NCBI GenBank assembly: GCA_000004985.1
Contig: GG738969.1
Origin: Naegleria gruberi
Lineage: Eukaryota
Strand: one strand, 5' to 3'
Length of the DNA stretch: 16,833 nt
Made by a program: the position numbers and the translations under genes. The notes beneath the pieces were generated by a model that saw nothing but the letters and a program-made list of their open reading frames with translations, was not told where the DNA came from and did no database searches. Shown here in pieces: positions 1 to 8,067 of the stretch (its first letter is position 1; each line of letters begins with the position of its first letter).

Positions 1-535
1 ACCAATTATCAAATAGAAGAATCTTTCTATGTGCATCCAAGAGTGAGAACAAGTTGCTTGCTTCATCACTACTAGTGTTGCTGTCCTTGATGATATTATT
101 TACATTGTTACTGAATGATGAAGAGGAATTACATGTATTGCCACTATGAAAATTGTTTGATTCTTCTGTCTGAATCATGTGAGCATGCTCAACTTGCTGA
201 TGTTGCTGATACATGTTGTTCGACACAAAATGATTCCAATTCATGGCTGATGATGAAACTCCTCCAAATATATTAACACCATTACTATTATCTGTATAAT
301 TTGATGTATCCAAGTATTGTTGTCCATCTATTTTAACCTGCCTTAAAGATTCGATTACATTATTCAATAATTCAGTATTTGGTGTGAGAGGAGTGATTAA
401 ATTTTGATTGGGTGAAGCATATTGTTGAGGAGTGAGAGGTGAAGTTAAGGATGTTGAATTCCCTTCTCCTTGTTGGTAATTAGTAGAATTATTATTATTA
501 TGATCATCAAACATTGAGATGGTAATTCTTTGCAT
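1..535 (-). CDS. Partial CDS, N-terminal 178 codons of an N/Q/S-rich low-complexity protein. ATG is at 535-533 and the reading frame runs off the window at position 1
   Basis: Manual reverse-complement translation from ATG at 535 gives MQRITISMFDDHNNNNSTNYQQGEGNSTSLTSPLTPQQYASPNQNLITPLTPNTELLNNVIESLRQVKIDGQQYLDTSNYTDNSNGVNIFGGVSSSAMNWNHFVSNNMYQQHQQVEHAHMIQTEESNNFHSGNTCNSSSSFSNNVNNIIKDSNTSSDEASNLFSLLDAHRKILLFDNW... with no stop for 535 nt in AT-rich DNA. The upstream in-frame stop is TAA at 715-713, and there is no other ATG between it and 535. It is absent from the ORF track only because its stop lies beyond the window. Confidence 0.5.
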   Translation of the reverse strand, partial: MQRITISMFDDHNNNNSTNYQQGEGNSTSLTSPLTPQQYASPNQNLITPLTPNTELLNNVIESLRQVKIDGQQYLDTSNYTDNSNGVNIFGGVSSSAMNWNHFVSNNMYQQHQQVEHAHMIQTEESNNFHSGNTCNSSSSFSNNVNNIIKDSNTSSDEASNLFSLLDAHRKILLFDNW

Positions 536-1034
536 TTTCTTTGAAGGCTTTGAATAACCCAAATATGAAATTTCAAATAAATGGGTTGTTGCAGCTAGGA
601 ATGTGTTGAAGAAAGACAGGTTGCAAAATTGGTGTGTTTGTTGTTGTAAAGAGAGAAAGAAGGAAAAAAGCAAATATCCAGAAGATGTGTGTTTAATCTT
701 TTTTCTTCTTGGTTATTTTGGAGGAATCATAAGTAAGAGTTTGATTCTGAATTCGTCAAGAACAAATAAGTACATGTATTAATAACAAAACACAACGGTG
801 AATTTGGCGCGTTTGTTTTACATTCTTTCCTTATTAGAACCTTAAGATGACAGATTAGTGGATGGAAAGTTGAAAAAAGAGCATAAATTAACTTCCCAAT
901 TCCACACCAGAAAAGGTATATTTAACAGAAAAGTCTTTCTTTCTTTGTATTCCACAAAGTTGTTGGTGACTGTTCATCTATTTAAAAAAGTCGATTGGAA
1001 TAAGAATTTATTGACCTAGTAATTTGTGTTATAT
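536..1034 (-). promoter_or_regulatory. Intergenic region holding the promoter/5' flank of the 1-535 gene and the 3' UTR with poly(A) signal of the 1035-1859 gene
   Basis: No ORF here. AATAAA on the minus strand at 1012-1007 lies 23 nt past the TAA stop at 1037-1035. No confident TATA box was identified. Confidence 0.35.
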
Positions 1035-1859
1035 TTAGGCAGGTTTAGGATTGGATGAGGTAGCGGCACTAATTGAAGAGTTGTTGGTTGACTTGGATTG
1101 ATTTTCTTCATCTAGTTTCTTGTTTTCAGTTTCTTCTTTGAGTTTCTTCTCTTCGTTTTGCTTTCGTTCTTGTTCTTCCTTTTGTTTCTTCTCTTCTTCT
1201 TCTTTTTTTAATTGCTCCTCTTTGAGTTTCTTCTCTTCCTCAAGTTTCTTCTTTTCTTCCTCCTCTTTTTTCTTCTTCTCCTCTTCTTCCTTTTTCTTCT
1301 TTTCTTCTTCTTCTTTTTTCTTTTTCTCTTCCTCTTCCTTTTGCTTCTTTGCTTGCTCCTCTTTGAGTTTTCTCTCCTCTTCCATTTTCTTCTTCTTTTC
1401 CTCTGCTTCTTTGATTTTTCTTTCCATTTCCAACTTTTCTTGTCGTATCTTTTCCTGTTTTTTACGTTCCAATTCTCTGAGTTCTGCCTCCTTTTCTGCC
1501 TTCTTATCAATGTTTGTTGGATCGTGCAAGAACCATCCAGTAATTGCTGTTGACACTTCACAATTATGAACACTGAATGCATTGAAAATCATTGAAATAA
1601 CTGATTGTCCATTCCAATCTGGTTCAGTTCCCAATTCTAATGGTTTATCAGCACTGGTTCTGAAAATTGCACCATCAGGAATAGTTCCTTGTCCATTCTA
1701 TAATTCTCTTGATAAATATTTATAAATTGTTCCTAAACTTACCTCACAATCGTATGGTTTTGCCAAACTAATCCTCTTGTGAATTTTCACAAATTCTCCA
1801 TTCTTTAATTTAGAAGCATGCATCAATGAATGATCAAAATAAATGTCAGGTTGATTCAA
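1035..1859 (-). CDS. C-terminal portion of a protein with a globular domain followed by a ~150-aa E/K-rich (EEEEKKKK)n charged helix tract and a short S/N-rich tail. CDS = join(1743..1859, 1035..1697) on the minus strand; the 5' part is lost in the gap starting at 1860
   Basis: Exon A translates ...LNQPDIYFDHSLMHASKLKNGEFVKIHKRISLAKPYDCE. Exon B translates NGQGTIPDGAIFRTSADKPLELGTEPDWNGQSVISMIFNAFSVHNCEVSTAITGWFLHDPTNIDKK, then KKEEEE/EEEEKKKK repeats, ...NQSKSTNNSSISAATSSNPKPA and a stop. The ORF-track 'M' at 1634 is really TTG (Leu). Without splicing the frame hits TAG inside the 45-nt segment. The globular domain was not recognised as a known family. Confidence 0.7.
1120..1500. repeat. Coding low-complexity/minisatellite tract. 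The plus strand is almost pure pyrimidine (CT-rich), with an approximately 24-nt tandem periodicity encoding (EEEEKKKK)n
   Basis: Runs such as ttcttcttcttttttcttcttctcctcttcttcc are visible, and four consecutive EEEEKKKK units appear in the protein. ORFs in all other frames and the opposite strand (1120..1569 +, 1208..1582 -, 1212..1553 +) are by-products of this repeat. Confidence 0.8.
1698..1742 (-). other. Spliceosomal intron, 45 nt, phase 0, GT..AG
   Basis: Minus-strand sequence is gtaagtttaggaacaatttataaatatttatcaagagaattatag. It has a GTAAGT donor and a TAG acceptor. Removing it joins ...PYDCE to NGQGT... in frame, while retaining it gives an in-frame TAG. Confidence 0.6.
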
Positions 1860-4800
1860 NNNNNNNNNNNNNNNNNNNNNNNNNNNNNNNNNNNNNNNNN
1901 NNNNNNNNNNNNNNNNNNNNNNNNNNNNNNNNNNNNNNNNNNNNNNNNNNNNNNNNNNNNNNNNNNNNNNNNNNNNNNNNNNNNNNNNNNNNNNNNNNNN
2001 NNNNNNNNNNNNNNNNNNNNNNNNNNNNNNNNNNNNNNNNNNNNNNNNNNNNNNNNNNNNNNNNNNNNNNNNNNNNNNNNNNNNNNNNNNNNNNNNNNNN
2101 NNNNNNNNNNNNNNNNNNNNNNNNNNNNNNNNNNNNNNNNNNNNNNNNNNNNNNNNNNNNNNNNNNNNNNNNNNNNNNNNNNNNNNNNNNNNNNNNNNNN
2201 NNNNNNNNNNNNNNNNNNNNNNNNNNNNNNNNNNNNNNNNNNNNNNNNNNNNNNNNNNNNNNNNNNNNNNNNNNNNNNNNNNNNNNNNNNNNNNNNNNNN
2301 NNNNNNNNNNNNNNNNNNNNNNNNNNNNNNNNNNNNNNNNNNNNNNNNNNNNNNNNNNNNNNNNNNNNNNNNNNNNNNNNNNNNNNNNNNNNNNNNNNNN
2401 NNNNNNNNNNNNNNNNNNNNNNNNNNNNNNNNNNNNNNNNNNNNNNNNNNNNNNNNNNNNNNNNNNNNNNNNNNNNNNNNNNNNNNNNNNNNNNNNNNNN
2501 NNNNNNNNNNNNNNNNNNNNNNNNNNNNNNNNNNNNNNNNNNNNNNNNNNNNNNNNNNNNNNNNNNNNNNNNNNNNNNNNNNNNNNNNNNNNNNNNNNNN
2601 NNNNNNNNNNNNNNNNNNNNNNNNNNNNNNNNNNNNNNNNNNNNNNNNNNNNNNNNNNNNNNNNNNNNNNNNNNNNNNNNNNNNNNNNNNNNNNNNNNNN
2701 NNNNNNNNNNNNNNNNNNNNNNNNNNNNNNNNNNNNNNNNNNNNNNNNNNNNNNNNNNNNNNNNNNNNNNNNNNNNNNNNNNNNNNNNNNNNNNNNNNNN
2801 NNNNNNNNNNNNNNNNNNNNNNNNNNNNNNNNNNNNNNNNNNNNNNNNNNNNNNNNNNNNNNNNNNNNNNNNNNNNNNNNNNNNNNNNNNNNNNNNNNNN
2901 NNNNNNNNNNNNNNNNNNNNNNNNNNNNNNNNNNNNNNNNNNNNNNNNNNNNNNNNNNNNNNNNNNNNNNNNNNNNNNNNNNNNNNNNNNNNNNNNNNNN
3001 NNNNNNNNNNNNNNNNNNNNNNNNNNNNNNNNNNNNNNNNNNNNNNNNNNNNNNNNNNNNNNNNNNNNNNNNNNNNNNNNNNNNNNNNNNNNNNNNNNNN
3101 NNNNNNNNNNNNNNNNNNNNNNNNNNNNNNNNNNNNNNNNNNNNNNNNNNNNNNNNNNNNNNNNNNNNNNNNNNNNNNNNNNNNNNNNNNNNNNNNNNNN
3201 NNNNNNNNNNNNNNNNNNNNNNNNNNNNNNNNNNNNNNNNNNNNNNNNNNNNNNNNNNNNNNNNNNNNNNNNNNNNNNNNNNNNNNNNNNNNNNNNNNNN
3301 NNNNNNNNNNNNNNNNNNNNNNNNNNNNNNNNNNNNNNNNNNNNNNNNNNNNNNNNNNNNNNNNNNNNNNNNNNNNNNNNNNNNNNNNNNNNNNNNNNNN
3401 NNNNNNNNNNNNNNNNNNNNNNNNNNNNNNNNNNNNNNNNNNNNNNNNNNNNNNNNNNNNNNNNNNNNNNNNNNNNNNNNNNNNNNNNNNNNNNNNNNNN
3501 NNNNNNNNNNNNNNNNNNNNNNNNNNNNNNNNNNNNNNNNNNNNNNNNNNNNNNNNNNNNNNNNNNNNNNNNNNNNNNNNNNNNNNNNNNNNNNNNNNNN
3601 NNNNNNNNNNNNNNNNNNNNNNNNNNNNNNNNNNNNNNNNNNNNNNNNNNNNNNNNNNNNNNNNNNNNNNNNNNNNNNNNNNNNNNNNNNNNNNNNNNNN
3701 NNNNNNNNNNNNNNNNNNNNNNNNNNNNNNNNNNNNNNNNNNNNNNNNNNNNNNNNNNNNNNNNNNNNNNNNNNNNNNNNNNNNNNNNNNNNNNNNNNNN
3801 NNNNNNNNNNNNNNNNNNNNNNNNNNNNNNNNNNNNNNNNNNNNNNNNNNNNNNNNNNNNNNNNNNNNNNNNNNNNNNNNNNNNNNNNNNNNNNNNNNNN
3901 NNNNNNNNNNNNNNNNNNNNNNNNNNNNNNNNNNNNNNNNNNNNNNNNNNNNNNNNNNNNNNNNNNNNNNNNNNNNNNNNNNNNNNNNNNNNNNNNNNNN
4001 NNNNNNNNNNNNNNNNNNNNNNNNNNNNNNNNNNNNNNNNNNNNNNNNNNNNNNNNNNNNNNNNNNNNNNNNNNNNNNNNNNNNNNNNNNNNNNNNNNNN
4101 NNNNNNNNNNNNNNNNNNNNNNNNNNNNNNNNNNNNNNNNNNNNNNNNNNNNNNNNNNNNNNNNNNNNNNNNNNNNNNNNNNNNNNNNNNNNNNNNNNNN
4201 NNNNNNNNNNNNNNNNNNNNNNNNNNNNNNNNNNNNNNNNNNNNNNNNNNNNNNNNNNNNNNNNNNNNNNNNNNNNNNNNNNNNNNNNNNNNNNNNNNNN
4301 NNNNNNNNNNNNNNNNNNNNNNNNNNNNNNNNNNNNNNNNNNNNNNNNNNNNNNNNNNNNNNNNNNNNNNNNNNNNNNNNNNNNNNNNNNNNNNNNNNNN
4401 NNNNNNNNNNNNNNNNNNNNNNNNNNNNNNNNNNNNNNNNNNNNNNNNNNNNNNNNNNNNNNNNNNNNNNNNNNNNNNNNNNNNNNNNNNNNNNNNNNNN
4501 NNNNNNNNNNNNNNNNNNNNNNNNNNNNNNNNNNNNNNNNNNNNNNNNNNNNNNNNNNNNNNNNNNNNNNNNNNNNNNNNNNNNNNNNNNNNNNNNNNNN
4601 NNNNNNNNNNNNNNNNNNNNNNNNNNNNNNNNNNNNNNNNNNNNNNNNNNNNNNNNNNNNNNNNNNNNNNNNNNNNNNNNNNNNNNNNNNNNNNNNNNNN
4701 NNNNNNNNNNNNNNNNNNNNNNNNNNNNNNNNNNNNNNNNNNNNNNNNNNNNNNNNNNNNNNNNNNNNNNNNNNNNNNNNNNNNNNNNNNNNNNNNNNNN

Positions 4801-5958
4801 NNNNNNNNNNNNNNNNNNNNNNNNNNNNNNNNNNNNNNNNNNNNNNNNNNNNNNNNNNNNNNNNNNNNNNNNNNNNNNNNNNNNNNNNNNNNNNNNNNNN
4901 NNNNNNNNNNNNNNNNNNNNNNNNNNNNNNNNNNNNNNNNNNNNNNNNNNNNNNNNNNNNNNNNNNNNNNNNNNNNNNNNNNNNNNNNNNNNNNNNNNNN
5001 NNNNNNNNNNNNNNNNNNNNNNNNNNNNNNNNNNNNNNNNNNNNNNNNNNNNNNNNNNNNNNNNNNNNNNNNNNNNNNNNNNNNNNNNNNNNNNNNNNNN
5101 NNNNNNNNNNNNNNNNNNNNNNNNNNNNNNNNNNNNNNNNNNNNNNNNNNNNNNNNNNNNNNNNNNNNNNNNNNNNNNNNNNNNNNNNNNNNNNNNNNNN
5201 NNNNNNNNNNNNNNNNNNNNNNNNNNNNNNNNNNNNNNNNNNNNNNNNNNNNNNNNNNNNNNNNNNNNNNNNNNNNNNNNNNNNNNNNNNNNNNNNNNNN
5301 NNNNNNNNNNNNNNNNNNNNNNNNNNNNNNNNNNNNNNNNNNNNNNNNNNNNNNNNNNNNNNNNNNNNNNNNNNNNNNNNNNNNNNNNNNNNNNNNNNNN
5401 NNNNNNNNNNNNNNNNNNNNNNNNNNNNNNNNNNNNNNNNNNNNNNNNNNNNNNNNNNNNNNNNNNNNNNNNNNNNNNNNNNNNNNNNNNNNNNNNNNNN
5501 NNNNNNNNNNNNNNNNNNNNNNNNNNNNNNNNNNNNNNNNNNNNNNNNNNNNNNNNNNNNNNNNNNNNNNNNNNNNNNNNNNNNNNNNNNNNNNNNNNNN
5601 NNNNNNNNNNNNNNNNNNNNNNNNNNNNNNNNNNNNNNNNNNNNNNNNNNNNNNNNNNNNNNNNNNNNNNNNNNNNNNNNNNNNNNNNNNNNNNNNNNNN
5701 NNNNNNNNNNNNNNNNNNNNNNNNNNNNNNNNNNNNNNNNNNNNNNNNNNNNNNNNNNNNNNNNNNNNNNNNNNNNNNNNNNNNNNNNNNNNNNNNNNNN
5801 NNNNNNNNNNNNNNNNNNNNNNNNNNNNNNNNNNNNNNNNNNNNNNNNNNNNNNNNNNNNNNNNNNNNNNNNNNNNNNNNNNNNNNNNNNNNNNNNNNNN
5901 NNNNNNNNNNNNNNNNNNNNNNNNNNNNNNNNNNNNNNNNNNNNNNNNNNNNNNNNNN
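1860..5958. other. Assembly gap (4099 N)
   Basis: Uninterrupted run of n. It removes the 5' part of the E/K-rich gene and whatever lies upstream of it. Confidence 1.
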
Positions 5959-6391
5959 TAAAGAAGAGCAATTATAGATAAACGAATACGGGTTGCAAGA
6001 ACAGGAGGTACAACAATTAATATCTTGATGGGAAAGGAAATTGTTGGTTGGAGTTACTGAGGTACACATAAATTAGAGGCTCGAATTAAAACAAAAAGTA
6101 AAATAGTCAATTTCTATAAGGTCTTAAGAGAATTGACTCGTTTGTCGTATAATATATAAATATAAACTACTACTAAAATTGCTGTTTTTTCACAATCAAT
6201 AATACTAAAGTACTAGTAGATTAAGTTTTAAATCAAACCAGTACTCCAATGCTTTTTATGTTATTTTCACTGCTCTTGAATCCAATTTGATTATTAATAG
6301 CAATCACTTCTTCTTGTTGTGTGTTGCTATCGTTCCAATAACACCAAAGTACTCTGTAGAGTTATTTTTTCTCTTTGAATTTCTGCACGCA

Positions 6392-6468
6392 CATGATGAT
6401 GATGCTCAATAGCCGACCGACTCTGCGAATCATCTCAGGGAGTCTGAGATACACAAAGGATCATCATG
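6392..6468. ncRNA. Candidate small structured RNA (snoRNA-like). A 10-bp inverted repeat CATGATGATG / CATCATCATG encloses a locally GC-rich ~55-nt segment with C-box-like UGAUGA and a CUGA motif
   Basis: acaTGATGATGATGctcaatagccgaccgactctgcgaatcatctcagggagtCTGAgatacacaaaggaTCATCATGttg. There is an internal small hairpin ctcag-gga-gtctgag. The GC-rich island sits in an otherwise AT-rich ~1-kb intergenic stretch. Strand and exact ends are not determinable, and the box spacing is not canonical. Confidence 0.2.
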
Positions 6469-6992
6469 TTGTGTAGGCAGCCGTAATGATTTGTGTGTTT
6501 GCAAGAGGCTGTTGAAACTTATCGTGATTGGTAAACAAGGTTGTTTTCGTTTTTGACTGAATTTTGCTTTTGGCTCCTAGAAAGGGCCTATTAATTGCTC
6601 GCGCGTTTTTTGAAAAATTGGCGTAATGCAATTTGGATTTTTGCAACTTGCATAAATATTGCCATAAAAGGCATTGAGGAAAGAGAGATGATTTGACATG
6701 ATTATGATTTGATTGTTGATTAATCTACTGTAGATTGATAGAATGAAGGTATTTTTGTAATTTATATTGAGGTGGTCTAAATTGTTGCCTTAAATATTTT
6801 TGACCTGAAATGAACAAATTCATTTATGGGATTTGTAACAAGTAAATTCTTGTACGGGATCAGTTGGTTATATTTGGATTGTTTATTATTGATTAAGATT
6901 GGAAAATTGTGCCAGTACAGTATTTAACAGTTAAGCATTGACAATGACATAGGCTCCTTCATCACCAATTTGAATTACTGGACACAATAATT

Positions 6993-7970
6993 TTATTTGT
7001 AAACAATCACCTTCTTATCATTGTTACAAACATAAAGTTCTCCAGTATATTGATCCAAACACATTCCATAAGAAAACATTCCAGATTTGAAAGTCTTAAT
7101 TAATGATCGATTCTCTTGCTTGAAAGCACATATTTGTGACTTTCTAATATTAACAATCAGAATATTCTTCTCAATTGGATCGAAAAGAAGACCACCACTA
7201 TCAAAACCTATTATTCCTGTCGAGGGTCTTGATTTATCACTAAAATCAAAACTTGAACTTTTTTGAAATTCTTGATTTTCATTTCTTTCATAAATATGGA
7301 TATTGTCATTACAAGCATCTCCAACAAGGAAGGAATTTGAATTGAGAAAAGCAATTCCATAAGGTGTTGAAGCTAAAATCTCTTGTACTTTCATTCCAGT
7401 AATTGAATCCAATACGTGAATTCTTCCTATTGACATATCAGAGACTAAAATTTGATTGTCATGATAATCTCTGTACAATATTTCAACAGTTGAAGGATGA
7501 TTAAGATTTTCTACCTTCCAAATACAGAGATTTTCTATTGGCTCATTATTTGAAAGTAGCAATTGTTCAAGATCAAATTTAAACAAGACTGAAGGAGACA
7601 TTGAAGTGACATATAAATATTCCTTTTGATTAATCTTTTCAATATTTAAATAATTAATTCTATAGTTTTGAAATTGAATTGATTTTTTAAATTTTCTTGA
7701 ATGCAAATCAAACACTTGAATTCTGTCTCTGTCAGTTATTATGACACAGTGAAATTGATGTGAAATTTTTACATCCAATGGATGCACAAAGTTGTCTTTC
7801 TCCTTGATTTTCCCATTGCCGAATGTGTGGACAGGAGTAAAATTCAAGGAGAAACCAACCTTGTTTTTTGTTTTCGGGTTGAATTGCTCTTGAAGTTTAG
7901 AATAGAGAATAGTTTGCATTTCAGCAAGATTCTCAACAAGAATACATTGTGTGGGTTCAGTTTCTGCCAT
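6993..7970 (-). CDS. NHL-repeat six-bladed beta-propeller protein, 325 aa, single exon, with no accessory domains
   Basis: Real ATG at 7970-7968 with a TAA immediately upstream in frame. NHL signature motifs are DRDRIQVFDL, SIGRIHVLDS, GIAFLNSNSFLVGDACNDNIHIY and GELYVCNNDKKVIVYK, in roughly six 40-50-aa repeats. Stop is TAA at 6995-6993, with AATAAA (minus) at 6997-6992 overlapping the stop. Confidence 0.75.
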   Translation of the reverse strand: MAETEPTQCILVENLAEMQTILYSKLQEQFNPKTKNKVGFSLNFTPVHTFGNGKIKEKDNFVHPLDVKISHQFHCVIITDRDRIQVFDLHSRKFKKSIQFQNYRINYLNIEKINQKEYLYVTSMSPSVLFKFDLEQLLLSNNEPIENLCIWKVENLNHPSTVEILYRDYHDNQILVSDMSIGRIHVLDSITGMKVQEILASTPYGIAFLNSNSFLVGDACNDNIHIYERNENQEFQKSSSFDFSDKSRPSTGIIGFDSGGLLFDPIEKNILIVNIRKSQICAFKQENRSLIKTFKSGMFSYGMCLDQYTGELYVCNNDKKVIVYK

Positions 7971-7972
7971 TT

Positions 7973-7978
7973 TTTATT
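7973..7978 (-). terminator. Only AATAAA hexamer (minus strand) between the 8068 stop and the NHL ATG. It lies 3 nt from the NHL start codon
   Basis: Plus-strand tttatt at 7973-7978. There is no other AATAAA/ATTAAA on the minus strand in 7979-8067. Confidence 0.3.
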
Positions 7979-8067
7979 TTAACGTTGATCTACTCCAATT
8001 GTAACCTTAGAAATAAATCTATTGTTGTTAGAAAGATGGGATCTCATTACAGGATTGAATCTGATGG

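Noticed and set aside
1120-1582. Three overlapping ORFs in alternative frames and strands across the E/K repeat (F/S/L-rich and R/K-rich translations)
   Set aside because: They are a by-product of a strand-pure pyrimidine/purine tandem repeat, which is open in every frame. Only the E/K frame is continuous with a credible flanking domain, a splice junction and a stop.
1826-6069. ORF-track entries of 1371-1407 aa made almost entirely of X (1826..5977, 1830..5981, 1846..6069, 1856..5971)
   Set aside because: They are translations of the 4099-nt N-run. Only the short real flanks carry information, and the 1743-1859 flank is accounted for as an exon of the E/K-rich gene.
6060-6100. GGCTCGAAT motif reminiscent of a tRNA B-box (GGTTCGAATCC)
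   Set aside because: There is no A-box at the right spacing, and no cloverleaf-compatible acceptor or anticodon stems upstream.
6575-6625. GC clamp followed by T6 (gctcgcgcgttttttg), resembling a Pol III terminator
   Set aside because: No recognisable Pol III gene body (tRNA, 5S or U6-like sequence) precedes it, and the T-run is common in AT-rich spacer.
6464-6646. 60-aa minus-strand ORF in the intergenic region
   Set aside because: It is short, has no recognisable motif, sits in a spacer, and is at the length expected by chance.
6722-6736. 15-nt perfect palindrome AATCTACTGTAGATT downstream of the NHL gene
   Set aside because: It is isolated and short, and such palindromes are expected by chance in AT-rich DNA. 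It has no associated feature.
7782-7982. 66-aa plus-strand ORF antisense to the NHL gene
   Set aside because: It lies fully inside the much longer and motif-supported NHL reading frame on the other strand.
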